DNA from: Ginglymostoma cirratum
Lineage: Eukaryota
DNA: 64,000 nucleotides
Reading direction: 5' to 3'
NCBI GenBank assembly: GCA_024137785.1
Contig: JAHRHZ010000115.1
Coordinates: 1,308,428 to 1,372,427, forward strand
Below, piece after piece: positions 39,810 to 52,895 of the stretch. Below the pieces are notes generated by a model that was not told the DNA's origin, did no database searches, and saw only the letters and a program-made list of their open reading frames with translations. Both the position numbers and the translations under genes were made by a program. Within the stretch, counting starts at the first letter, position 1. Every line of letters starts with the position of its first letter.

Positions 39810-41560
39810 AGGTATCTGAGAGCTGGCGCTGAGCGTTTGCAGTGTACTTTGGTTTGAAAATCTCCAGGTGGAAAGATCCAACTGCCGATTTTTTGCCATG
39901 GACACGCAATCCCTTTACATGTCCATTACCCAACAGAAGGGTCTTACTGCTCTCCGCTTCTTCTGGGAGCAAATACTTGAATCGTCCACACACACCACCA
40001 CCCTCCTCTGCTTGGCTGAGCTCGGCCTCACCCTCAGTAACTTCTCTTTTACATCCTCTAATTTGCTTCAGGTGAGAGGGGTGGACCCAGATACCTACAT
40101 GGGCCAGAGGTATGCCCATTTCTTCATCGGTTACTTGGAACATTCTTTCTGGCAGCCCTATTCCAGCGCCGAAACACAACCCTTTATCTGATTTATCGAT
40201 GGTATCTTCGTTGCTGCTTTACTCTCTCCTCCAGAACTGGCCCATTTTATTGATTTCACTTCCACTTTCCATCCTGCTCTCACTCCACGATTTATCTCTG
40301 ACTCCTCTCTTCCCTTTCTCGTAATTTGTTTCCGTTTCTGGGGATAGGCTGCGCACCAATATCCACAATAAATTCAATGCCTCCCTCAGCTACATGGGCT
40401 ATACATCCACACATCCTGCTTCCTTTAAAGACACCATCCCGTTCACACAGTTCCACTGTCTCCATTGCCAACGTCGACAAGAGAACCTGCGAAATGTCTA
40501 CTTTCTTCCTCAGCCTAGAATTCCACTATACCATTGTCGACAGGTCCCTATACTGGGCCCGGGCATTCTCTCACACATCCGCCCTTACTCCCTCCCTTTC
40601 CTCCCGCAACAGCATTTGTGTTCCCCTTGTCCATATCTGACATCCCACCAGCATCCACATCCAGAAGATTATCAGACTCTATTCCGCCAACTCTTGCATG
40701 ATGCCAACAGCAGATACATATTCCCCTCCCATCTTTTATCCTCCTTCCACAGGAGCACGCTCATTCACTCTTCCTTCACTCCCAACACATTCCGACATAG
40801 CTCCATGTCACCTTCCCCTGCAACCGGAGAAGGTGCAGCACCTGCCCGTTTAGCCACTTCTTCCCCACTATCCAAAGACCTAAACTTAGATTAAGATGAA
40901 GCCCACTTCACCAGTACTTCACAGAATCTTGACTGCTGAGTTCGCTGCTCGAAACGTGGTCTCCTCTAAGTTAGTGAAACAAAGATTTGTCTAGGTGAGC
41001 ACTTCACAGAACATTTGTATTCTGTTCGCAAGTAAGACCCGAAGCATGGTTTTGCCGGGCGCGTTAACACATCACCCTCTTCCCTAGCCAACATCTCTGT
41101 CTCTGGCTTGCCATGGTGTCCCAGCGAACCTTGAACCAACCTGGAAACAACACTTCGTTTTTGGGTTGGGGTCCCTGCGGCCTGCCGGGCTCAATATCGA
41201 GTTAAACTGTCCCATGTCCTTGGCCCCACGCCACACGCCAGGTCTTGTTATCACATCGCCTGCCATTGCACACTACCTATTGTTAGTCACTAACAGTCCC
41301 CATTAACATCTACTCACCCTCCAGACCAGATGGTCATCAACTCCTTTGTCTTTCCATCTTATTTTCTCTCTCTTATGGGTCTGTCATTTATCCTATTGTT
41401 TACTCCCAGCGCCATCCCCCTCCCTATTTTTTGCATATAAACCGACGTTTTCCCAACTACCGTCAGTTCAGTTGAAGGATCACATGATCTGTCTGATTAT
41501 TTTCTTCACAGAAGTTGCCTCACCTGCTGAGCTTTTCCAGCAAATTCTATTTTGGTTCTC
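39810..41560 (+). mobile_element. Decayed Penelope-like retroelement
   Basis: MDTQSLYMSI...LLQVRGVDPDTYMGQRYAHFFIGYLE..FIDG (RT), YTSTHPASFKDTIPFTQF, GIY-YIG remnant and pLTR tail. Confidence 0.85.
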
Positions 41561-42394
41561 CACTTCAGGATACTCATCTACTTGAGTCTTTTTCTTCCAG
41601 GTTGGAGCATTTTTTATTTAAAATGTATCATGTCTGCTCTGCCATGCAGCCAAATTTGAGGAGAATTTTAACAGAATGTGCAAGGTGACTTTATTTGAAC
41701 TTCAATTTATCAAAATAATCAACCAGTACTGGTAGAATCTGAAAGACAACTAACGATTATTATGATAATGTAGGCGAAATATTCTGAATATAAAACACGC
41801 TTCGCCAAAATCCAAAAAAAATGCTTTTGTATTTGAAAACTCGGCGATTTGACAATGTCCATGACTTCAACGCATTCTGAGCAGTAGCTGAAGCACGCAA
41901 TTGAAATTAAATACAGCCTCCAACACGTACACCAACTGCCTTGTCAATCAGGATTTTTTTTTCGCTCAGGTTAGTCACAACTCGGGCCAGAAGGATCACC
42001 ACAAAATAATTCTGTGAAATTCCGCAAATTCTTGTATGTTGAATTACGAGGAATGAAATGGCAGTCTTCAAGCAGAGGGTAGTTCTCTGAGCCGCCCAAA
42101 CCATCTGAACTCAATTGGAAAACATTTGGCAGTTTCCAACACTCGAGCTCAGTAGCTATCACGTGGAGGTGCCAATGTTGGACTGTGTGATCAAAGTCAT
42201 AAATCAAAGGACACTAGGCTACAGCACAACAGGCTTATTTGCAACCACACAAGATTTTACAGTGCAGCCTCTTCGTCAAGTATAGTAGCCTCACTGCCTT
42301 GTCAGGGAAAATCCCAAATTAAGCCTTGCAGCACTTAGAATCAATTTATTTCAATCCTTGTGTTCCGAGTAACAGGAACACTAGACTTGCAGTC

Positions 42395-42900
42395 ATTTAT
42401 GAGCTCGTTGATATCACACTAAATGGGTTGATTGAGTACACATTTTCCCACGGGGAGAATTTGAATCGTCGTCCTCTAGTGTCGGCGTATCATAAATGTG
42501 TGCCTTCGTTTCAAGCTGTTCTGCAATCTGAACAGTTGTAATGTATTTTAATATTTGACGTTCACTCATGCAGGTTAACTGATAGTACCCTTCCTCTCAC
42601 TTGGAGCCGGTGACTCCTTGCTTCACAATATGGATTAGTTCATGTGTCATCAAGTTGTGTGCCTGAGTGAATGCTTTTCCACACTCAGAGCATGTCAGCC
42701 GCCTCGCCCCATTGCAATTTTCTCTTAGGTTTCAACAGTTTCAATGAAATGCCAAGCCCTTTCCACAATCAGGTCAAGTGAGTAGTCTCTCTAAAGGGCG
42801 TGTATGTTGGTTTATCTGAATCTTGGTTGACCAAGAGAATCCCTTGCACAAACGGAGTAGATAAATGCTCACTCCCTGGTGTGACTGTATCAATGATTTG
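42395..42900 (-). pseudogene. C2H2 zinc-finger array pseudogene
   Basis: One intact finger CSECGKAFTQAHNLMTHELIH (42692-42630) flanked by broken fingers (PDCGKG, YNCSDC, TQSTHLV*YQRAH). Confidence 0.75.
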
Positions 42901-43609
42901 CAGGCAAGGATGGGTATTTGAATACATTCCCAGATACCTTCGATTTCTATAACTTAGTGTATTCCTTTTATAGGACCATGAAATTAGTTCAAAATTGTTT
43001 CTGCTGTCAGAGCTCTGCAACATCCGCACTGGGGTGTGTGTATCTCGGTCGATCGTCCATTCACGTGGATCAGCAGAACATAGGTGTTTGACCTGTATCG
43101 AGAAGTTTTGAATAGTTCATTGAATTTTCTTTAGAAGTAAGAGTTTAGTTACGACACATAAGTTAACTAGTCAAAGAATAAGATACAACTCTTGATAATT
43201 GAGGAAGCTTCACTGCTGCGAGAAGAGAACCGGGAGAGCATTTCATTAAAGATGAAAAGGCTGTCCGGCCGAAGTATTATGGACTGCTAACCATTAGCCT
43301 TCCTCAATCTTTTCTCGTTCATCTTTAATCTGAAGATAACAGCTCCTTTACATGAATTACTACCTGCAATAACCGCCTGCAGATCATTCCCTTATGATGT
43401 GGCATATTCATAATGTTTGACAATCACCTATTTAAATTCTTGTAGCCACAGCTAAAGCGAATGCAAACCATCAGTGCACACTTCCTCTCCGGCATTTGAG
43501 GCTTACTTTTCATTCCTTTTGTAAGCAAAGTTCATACATTACTAAACACATTCTTGCTAAGACAGGTCATGTTATGCCATATAATCCAATTGACGTCAAA
43601 TCTATTGAA

Positions 43610-45775
43610 TATAAGAACATATGAACTCGGAGCAGGAGTAGGCCATCTGGCCCCTCGAGCCTGCCCCACCATTTAATAAGATCATGGCTGATCTTTGAGA
43701 CTCAGCTCCACTTACCCGCCGACTCACCATAACCCTTAATTCCTTTACTGTTCAAAAATTTGTCTAGCCTTGACTTATAAACATTCAGTGAGGTAGCTTC
43801 AACAACTTCACTAGGCAGGCAATTCCACAGATTCACAACCCTTTGGGTGAAGAAGTTCCTCCTGACCTCAGTCCTATATCTGCTTCTCTTTATTTTGAGG
43901 TGATGCCATCTAGTTCTAGATTCGCCTGGTAGCGGAAACAACCTCCCTGCCTCCACGTTATCTATTCCCTGCATAATCTTATATGTTTCTATAAGATCTC
44001 CCCTCATTCGTCTGAATCACAGTGAGTATAAGCCCAAACTACTCAGTCTCTCCTCATAATACAACACTCTCAACTCTGGAATCAACCGAATGAATCTCCT
44101 CTGCACCCCCTCCATTGCTAGTATATCTCTTCTTAAGTAAGGAGGCCAAAACTGCACACAATACTCCTGGTGTGGCCTCACCAGGACCCTATACAGCTGC
44201 ACCATATCCTCCCTGTTTTTAAACTCCATCCCTATAGCAATGACAGTCAAAATTCCATTTGCCTTTTTAATTACCTGCTGCACCTGCAATCCCACTTTCA
44301 GCGATTCATGCACAAGGACACACAAGTCCCCTTGCACAGCAGAGTGCTGCAAATTTTTTACCATTTAAAACATAGTCCATTTTGCTGTGATTCCTACCAA
44401 AATGGATGACCTCACACTTATCAACATTGTTCTCCATCTGCCAGTCCTGTGGCCACTCACTTAGACAATCTATATCCCTCAGAAGACTTTCAGTGTCTTC
44501 TGCACACTTTGATCTACCACTCACCTTAGTGTCATCTGCAAATTTTGACACACCACACTTAGTCCCCAACTCCAAATCATCGATGTAACTTGTAAACAAT
44601 TTAGGACCCAACACTGATCCCTGAGGCACACCACTAGCCACTGACAACAACCAGAAAAACATCCATTTACCCCTACTCTTTGCTTTCTACTGGTCAACCA
44701 ATCCTCTATCTATGCCAATACATTATCTGTAATGCCGTGCAACTTTATCTTATGTAGCAGCCTTTGGTGTGGCACCTTGACTAATGCCTTCTGAAAATCC
44801 AGATACACCACATCCACAGGTTCCCCATTGTCCACCAAGCAAGTAATGTCCTCAAAGAATTCCACCAAATTAGTTAAACATGCCCTACCCTTCATGAACC
44901 CATGCTGGGTGTTCCCAATGGGATAACTTACTTCCATATGTCTTGCTATTTCTTCCTTAATGGTAGATTCAAGCATTTTCCCCACTACCGAAGTTAGGTT
45001 AACTGGCCTATAGTTACCTGCTTTTTATCTACTTCCTTTTTTAAACAGTGGCGTCACATTGGCTGTTTTCCAATCTGCGGCAATCACCCCAGAGTCAAGT
45101 GAATTTTGGTAAATAATTTCTATTGAAATTACTAGTTCCCCCATCACCTTTTTTAGTACCCTGGGATGCATCTCATCAGGGACAGGAGACTTGTCTACCT
45201 TTAGCCACATTAGCTTGCCCAGCACAGCCTCCTTAGAGATAGTGATAGTTTCTAGGTCCTCGCCTGCTCTAACCTTTTTGCTTCTAGTTTTCGGCATGTT
45301 ATATGCGTCTTCCACTGTGAAGACCGACATGAAATAACTGTTTAATGTCTCGGCTATTTCCTCATTCCCTGTTATTAAATTAGCCTTCTCATCCTCTAAA
45401 GGACCAATGTTTACCTTCGCCACTCTTTTACAATTTACATATTTATAGAAACTTTTGCTGCCAGTTTTTATATTCTGAGCTAGTTTACTCTCATAATCTA
45501 CCTTACTTTTCTTTATAACTTTTTTGTGGCTTTCTGTTGGCCTTTAATGATTTCCCAGTCTACAGGTTCCCACTACTCTTTGCTTTGTGTATGTGTTTTT
45601 TTTTTCAAACTGATACTTTCCTTTATATCCTTAGACATCCGTGGCTGTCTGTCTTTTTTTCTACAGTTCTTCCTCATCACTAGAATATACTTCTGCTGAG
45701 CAGTGCGAAAAATTGTTTTGAAAGTCCTCCACTGTTCCTCAATTGACCCACCATAAAGCTTTTGCTCCCATTCAA
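43610..45775 (-). mobile_element. CR1 LINE with RT domain (frameshifted)
   Basis: DWKTANVTPLFKKG, QHGFMKGRACLTNL, YLDFQKA, SGVPQGSVLGP, KFADDTK; 3' tail at ~43610. Confidence 0.95.
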
Positions 45776-45777
45776 CA

Positions 45778-46658
45778 ACGGGGATGTTGAAAGTTGCATC
45801 AATGTATTCTTCAGCTCATCTCGAAAATTGGTCCGCGTTACTGTATAGAAGAAGATGTTAGTGCAGGAGCGGAGCATTTGGATCACTTTGGCCATCTCTT
45901 GAAGGATGTACTATGGCTCATTAAAATCCACGCCAGGGAATAAGGCCTCACCTGTCATCTACACATAAAGGACATGTCCGACAGAGGTCATCCACACTGA
46001 GAGGAAGCTGGAGAGATGGCAAACAACGGGACAATGGTCTTCTTGTGATTAGCCATTTTCCAATCTTATTGATTCACAGCCGCCCGGAGTCTTTTGCAAT
46101 CTCTGTTAGCCACTAGAAAATGTCTTACAGTCAGTGCATTGAGCAACAGAATAAGGAGAAAAGGAACAAAGTGCTTTAAGATGCAATCTAGCCAGACATA
46201 TTTCTGCCAGACTGGCCAATTGTAATTGCTGAAATTAATGTCACAGAAGCAGACCAGCCCATCCACGACACACAGTGGCTGGGTGAGGAAATAGAAAGGG
46301 ATGTTCTTGCTACAGCTTTGGGCACAGACGATTCCTATGACTAGCGACGCAGCTTTCTTGGTGTCGCACTTGGTCTTCAAATTCTGATAGCTGGTGGCCT
46401 AAAAATGGTCGATCGTGAAGGCCACTGTCAGCCAGACCAAGACATTACGAGCAGCTTACACCAGCGCAGTGCTGAGTGCACAAGAATGAATTGTGGACAA
46501 GATACTGTCACGAAAGTAGATAATTGCAAACAGGTTGAGTATGTCAGACGTGATGATGACATGACAATCAGCTACCGCTATCGCCACCAGATTGTCGATG
46601 ATACACTGGGAAAGTTAACACCTTTCATTGGATAGGAATATGATTCCCACCAAGTTGA
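45778..46658 (-). pseudogene. GPR139/GPR142-like class A GPCR pseudogene, main exon
   Basis: cAG-VNLVGIIFLSNERC*LSQC..LVAIAVAD...VWLTVAFTIDHF*...LKTKCDTKKAA...FVPFLLILLLNALTVRHFLVANR...SCTNIFFYTVTRTNFRDELK with several stops. Confidence 0.85.
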
Positions 46659-47019
46659 CTGTGACTGAAAAAATAATGTCATCTTACCAAAGGAATTTAA
46701 ACGCATGACATTGCCCAGTCGAATCTGATACTGAAATCATCCCGGTGCGTTTATTTTCCAATTCAGGATTCAACTTGTTCTAAAGCCGTGGCTGCTTGTT
46801 TAGTATTTACTCCTAAAGACACATGCATTTGCTGCAGTTAAACATGTGTGCATCACAAAAACTTGTCTTCTTTTGCATTCAAAACTCCAGCCTACAAAAA
46901 CTGACGTTGTTATCTGAACCGGAGATCATTTACAATGTTGGCCATTCTTTCAACTTGAAATGGTTTAGTAAATCTCTTCCTCGTCATTACAATATCGTGC
47001 TGACATGGCATATTTCATA

Positions 47020-48200
47020 GAGACAGAGAAACATACATCATAGAAGCATTCCCTTTAGCCCACCATGTCTAGACTGACCAACAAACACTAAGCTACATTT
47101 TTCTGATTTACATGCGGTTGTTCTAATACAATCTATTCCAGCCCTTTTCAGTTCTTATCCAAATGTACCTGAAATGTTAAGAGAGTACCTGCCGGCATTA
47201 CTCTTTGAGCAGCCTCTTCCATATTTTAATGACCCTCTGTTTGAAACAGTAATCTCAGATCTCTAACCACTTACTTTTCGCGTTAAATGCAAGCAACCGA
47301 GCCTTTGACACTTCTGTCATGGGGAAGAAATTTTCACGATCTGCCTGTGTCTCTCAAACTTCTGTAAATCTCGATCAGATCCCCCTGCACCATCCTCTGC
47401 TCCAAGGAAAACAATCGCAACTTGACCAGTCTCTCCTCAAAGGGGGCTCTTTTCATTCAAAGCCACGTTCTGATGATGTTCCTGCAACCACATCCTTTTC
47501 ATAGTACAGCGAACAGAACTGCACACATTGTACGATCAGTGGCTGAACCAATGTTTTATGAAGTTACCGCGTAGACTTCCCTGCATCTATATTCTACACC
47601 CGTGTTCATGAAGTCATGTTTTCTGTATGCCTTGTTCACCAATCTGTGAAACTGTACTGGCATCGCCAGTGAGCTAATGAATGTACACAGATATCCCTTT
47701 CTTGCTCAGTAGTACCCAGGGATCGACCACTCATTTTGGATATTCTTCTCTGATTAGATCTGTCAATGCATTTCCTCGCACATATGAGGGTAAAATTCCA
47801 TCTAATATTGCTCTGCACAATTGATCAATATCAATAACAAATCAACAACACAGAGTTTCGTGTCAGCTGCAAAGTTAATAGTTATACATTCTTCATTCAC
47901 ATTCAATTTATTAGTGTGCCTAACACAGAGCAAGGATCTGAACACCAATCCCCATGGCACACCACTGGTCCACGATTCAAATCACAAAAATATCCCTCCA
48001 CCAGCATTCTTTGCATTCTAATTACAAGCCAATTTTTGATACAGATTTCTAACTTTCCTTGGATCACCTGGGCTCGTAAACTTTTCACCAGTCTCCCATG
48101 TAGGACCTTGTGAAAGGACTTACCAAAATCCATGTGAACAACGTCAACGGTGCTGCCCCATGAAATATATTGAGAAACCTTTTAAAAAATCAGTTAAGTA
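47020..48200 (-). mobile_element. Old CR1 LINE fragment
   Basis: MDFGKSFHKVLHGRLV..ICIKNWL and a degenerate 3' end. Confidence 0.75.
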
Positions 48201-49087
48201 AAATTAGTCAAACAAGATGTCCCTCGTTATTCTGAGTGCCTCACATTTAGAACCATCCATTTGTAAAAAAAGTGCGACAATTGGAACGTTCACTTGAAAC
48301 TCTGCCCACTTTTATCTTAGCGAGATTCAGCGCACCTGAAATACTTGCTACTTGTGTTCCTCCTCAAACCTGTGAAATACTTTTCATCGTAGAGTAAATG
48401 ATGACCGTTCCAAGTCAGTGTTGTATTCAAGTGGTTAACGTACTTGGTTTAGGACTTTGTCATGTTGCTTTCAGCATATGAAATCTTATCGCCTAACTTA
48501 ATTTATATCACTGACTATAACGATGCTCTGGCAGAATCATGCAGAGTTTGATTAGACACAAAGTTAAACTCGTTTGCTCATTCAAATCATTGTGAAAAAC
48601 CCAGAAATGTTTGGGCGTAAAGGGGCAAAATTTTAGCCAGATAGAGGACATCCTTCCACTCTGCTTTCTGTTACTGCTCAGACCTATCACTCTCTCGGGG
48701 TATTTCTGCATGTTTTCATTTCCCGCATCAAGACGGTTCGAACACACATTATAACAAAACCACACGGTAGTGTGGAGTTTCAAGTTAAGAGCCTGAAGAG
48801 AAAATAAAACAGAAGACCTATGAAAACAATATGATACTTCTGAACAGTTAAAATCCTTTTCTTTGACTCCCTTCTGCTGGCGTCCTCCCAGTCCTGTGTA
48901 ATGCCTTTACCCGTGATGTGAAACCTGGGCTGATATTTGCAGACCTGCTCTGTCTTTGTTTTCCTGTCTTTGTCACTTCCCTATGACATTTGATACATCG
49001 CTGCACCAGTCACTGTTATTCATCGTGTGGAACAGCTTTGAACAGGGGTCTCAGACAGACATTTTTCTAGACTGCAGAATTACAAGC

Positions 49088-49594
49088 ATGGAATACACCA
49101 TGATGAATCTTCTCGCAGCACACCTCATCATTATCACAATCTTCAGTAAGTGTCTTTCTTTTTCCACAGCAACATTCCATTTTCCGCTAACACAGATTGT
49201 TGTAACCCGGATGTTATTATTAATAAAGTGACAGTGGTAATAATAAGAATGGAATCAGCAAAACACGGTAGATCAGCCAAGTCCTCAGATGACGGCTAAG
49301 GAGGGAGGCAATGTCATACTAACCTGCTGCTTGAAGACAAGCAATTCCAGACCTTATTTTTACTGGTACTTTTAGCTCCCAGGGCAGCCTACACATTACA
49401 TGGTTTTTCTGTTTTCAGCAAAAATCAGAAACAGGAATCCTGATTTTTCTGACAGATTATTTTTCACATTTACTAAATCCACGATGATTACTGATTTGGC
49501 AATCAACAAACCCTTTGTCTCTTACTCCGCCATGTACTTTTATGCTATGGAGCCCACACTGATGCAGAGTTATGGCGTAGCCCTTACATAAACT
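49088..49594 (+). pseudogene. Inverted TCR V pseudogene (leader 49088-49145, V ~49250-49554)
   Basis: Leader MEYTMMNLLAAHLIIITIF+GTAAG. V reads NTVDQPSPQMTAKEGGNVILTCCLKTSNSRPYFYWYF*LPGQP...SAMYFYAME (TAG stop, Cys104 to Tyr). RSS CACACTG-24-ACATAAACT. Confidence 0.92.
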
Positions 49595-50404
49595 CAGTCT
49601 CGCAGTGCCTGTTAGAGCACATCAGAAGGTTTTTTCACGCTGAGAAAAATAAATAACAATTCAGCTCTCGAGGAACAGCTGTATACTGAAAGAGAGCAAA
49701 ACCGTTCATCGTTTTAAAAAGTTTCCTTTTAGCCCATAAAGTACTCCAATATTTTCCCTTCTCGTGTCTCCACTGAATGACCCTTACCAATAGCGACAGA
49801 AATTTTATTCCACCGGCGAAGTTTTAAAAATGTACTTATATCACATTTGCAGTTCAGTCTGTTAATTCTGAAATACTGGCTTCCTATTAACAGGAATGGA
49901 AGATTGAATATCAAAAATAAGTAAAATGCCTCACTCCTCCGTCCGTAGATTTCAGAGAATTCATCAGAACAAGCACCAGTGACAACTAACTCACACACTT
50001 CTGTCTTCACCTCCGCTCCGAGGCAGCGAATTGAATGCTTCATCAACACTTGTGTGAAATATTGAATGAATGAAAATTTCACATTTGAAATTCACAATAG
50101 CCTCTGTCGGAAATCCAAACATGAACATTAAACTAAATCAGACAGGTAAGAGAAAATTGGAATGGGTTTCCGAAAAGTTGAACATGCTTTGTTGAGAGAA
50201 GTTAAATTTTATCATTTCTGTATCGTTCACGTCGAAATTTATCGCCATGGACGTTTACAAATATCATGATTAAGCACATGTTTCGGAAAAAATTTCAACC
50301 GGTGTGACATTATGCCCTGTGCAGGAGGACGGTGCATCATCTGATTCCATCAATTTGTTTTAATTTACTTCCCGTGCTTTCCAAAGTAATTAGATCTTCA
50401 CCAG

Positions 50405-50454
50405 AGATAACAAGGTGTGGAGCTGGATGAACACAGCAGGCCAAGCAGCATCAT
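50405..50454 (-). mobile_element. 50-bp Penelope pLTR-derived insertion with 11-bp TSD
   Basis: ATCTTCACCAG at 50394-50404 and 50455-50465; empty site in unit A (~22211). Confidence 0.8.
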
Positions 50455-51781
50455 ATCTTCACCAGCACTTGTTGTGGTCATGTCGAGCAACAGCTGTTAT
50501 TAGTAGGTTAATGAGACCTGTGTCTTTTTAATTAATGAATTGAAACCAGAGTGCTCGGCTCGTGCTGGAACGTTATGCCTAAATGTTCGCCAAACGTATG
50601 CTTTAATTTACCGAAAGGATTCTGTCCCAAATTTAAAACAAAACTCATCAACATTGGGTCAGAATGCATCCAAATGCTTTCCCTCCCTTTCAATCAATAT
50701 TTTGATATTTCAGACTTGCGATAAAACAATATATTCAACAACATAATTTTGGTATTTACCAAATGACATAGCCAAAGTGTTGACGATTAAAATAAAACGT
50801 ATCGAAACATTATATTGTGGAAATCACAGCAGGTCAGACAGCATTCGTGAAGAGAGAGCAAGCAAACGTTTCATGTTGAGACGATTCTTCATCAGAGCTG
50901 ATGAGAAATTAAAGGTGTGTCCCGACATGTTTACTCAGACAGGTTTGAAGAGAAACACTTTCAACCTGTAATAGTTATTCGGCGAGAGAAAGGAAGATGA
51001 AACTAATATCCAAGTTTCTGCAGGCAGTATGTTCTGGACAGTGACAAAATACAATACCCAATCAGATAATTGTTTCCTTGTTATACGGTTCACCAAGTCA
51101 GCAAAGGACGTTGAGAAATAGAGTGAAATTGAAATCCGGAATCTCCTATAGTTGCAATTGATACTGAACTTGAAATTTCGACTAATTGTGACTTCTCATT
51201 CATGTCAGACGGAAAACATCGACGCTGCCTTTTCAGAGCAGAGCGTACATTATTGTTTCACAACGGGAACTTGATTCCATTGAAACAGATTTCATTCGAG
51301 AATGTGGAGCTGTCAATGTATGAGATTCGCTTTCATATTGATGCTTTCACTGCAGCGAGTTGCAGTCAGAGATATAAAATGCCTTCACTGCAGGTTTAAT
51401 GAGGAATATGTCTTGAAATTATCAATTAAAAAAAAAGAAAATGAATTGAAGACCCTGACAGTACATCTGCCATATGGAAGGATGCATTTTATTACTCTCT
51501 TGCTCTATATATTCTTGGCAGATGCTGCTGGTAGTGCAGAGGCTTCCGTTTGTCCGAAGTCATTGATTGCTACCAAAATGGAGAAAACTGCACTTTTGAG
51601 GTGAGAGATAAAAGGTACTTCAGATGCTGGAGAATCCGAGATAACAAGCATGGGGCTGAATGAACACAGCAGGTCAGGCAGCATCATAGGAGCAGGAAAA
51701 CTTGACGTTTCTGGCCTAAACCCTTCATCAGAAATGGGGGAGGGGAAGAGGGTTCTGAAATAAATAGGGAGAGAGGGGGAG

Positions 51782-52181
51782 NNNNNNNNNNNNNNNNNNN
51801 NNNNNNNNNNNNNNNNNNNNNNNNNNNNNNNNNNNNNNNNNNNNNNNNNNNNNNNNNNNNNNNNNNNNNNNNNNNNNNNNNNNNNNNNNNNNNNNNNNNN
51901 NNNNNNNNNNNNNNNNNNNNNNNNNNNNNNNNNNNNNNNNNNNNNNNNNNNNNNNNNNNNNNNNNNNNNNNNNNNNNNNNNNNNNNNNNNNNNNNNNNNN
52001 NNNNNNNNNNNNNNNNNNNNNNNNNNNNNNNNNNNNNNNNNNNNNNNNNNNNNNNNNNNNNNNNNNNNNNNNNNNNNNNNNNNNNNNNNNNNNNNNNNNN
52101 NNNNNNNNNNNNNNNNNNNNNNNNNNNNNNNNNNNNNNNNNNNNNNNNNNNNNNNNNNNNNNNNNNNNNNNNNNNNNNNNN
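51782..52181. other. Assembly gap (400 N)
   Basis: Run of N. Confidence 1.
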
Positions 52182-52229
52182 GCCTCCCCCTCTCTCCCTA
52201 TTTATTTCAGAACCCTCTTCCCCTCCCCC

Positions 52230-52265
52230 ATTTCTGATGAAGGGTTTAGGCCCGAAACGTCAAGT
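52230..52265 (+). ncRNA. Minimal type I hammerhead ribozyme motif (Penelope-associated)
   Basis: AUUU-CUGAUGA-A-GGGU(UUAG)GCCC-GAAA-CG-UC-AAGU: catalytic core, stem II, 4-bp stem I and palindromic ACGU stem III. Confidence 0.7.
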
Positions 52266-52895
52266 TTTCCTGCTCCTATGATGCTGCCTGACCTGCTGTG
52301 TTCATCCAGCCCCATGCTTGTTATCTTGCACTTTTGAGGTGGTCCACCAGAGCAGTTAAATGTGATCTGATTCATTAACATAAGGCTCAGTGTGAAGGGT
52401 CTCATCTTGGAAAGGCAGCATCTGTGACCCGGTTGCAGTGAGTTTGCATTGTCGTCTCACCTACTTCAATAGTGTGTGACAAGGTCACTGAAACGTTTGT
52501 TGAGAAAATGTCTGCAACGAATATAGGGCCCAATGAGCAGTACCAGTGATCAACGAAGAAAGGTAGGTCTGTTCTTTTCAGCTGAGAACCTGTCATATTG
52601 TCCACTTTCTGACCGTCGGCGACAGTAAAGGACAGAGCATTGTCAATTTGCACCTATGTCCTTGAGATAGTGTGTTCTCGAATCGTAGTTACTTCGCAAT
52701 TTAAAGAAAGGTGCTGTTCAGGCCGTTTGCAGCAAGTACAAACATCTGAACATTCGGAATAATTTGAAATTGAGCATTGAAATAATATTGCCATCTCCCA
52801 GTCAGTGACGCCTGTCCCTGTTCTGGATTACAATTTAACATCAGTCAACTGTAAATGTACCTGTAAAATACTTTTGACGTCTTGTGATTCGGACA

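Larger units (their letters stand above)
51604..52326. mobile_element. Young Penelope-type insertion with inverted termini and 15-bp TSD, spanning an assembly gap
   Basis: About 145 bp inverted repeats (51637-51781 / 52182-52326). TGCACTTTTGAGGTG at 51589-51603 and 52327-52341. Confidence 0.8.

Noticed and set aside
40394-40894. 166-aa ORF
   Set aside because: Frameshifted remnant of a Penelope-like element, not a host gene.
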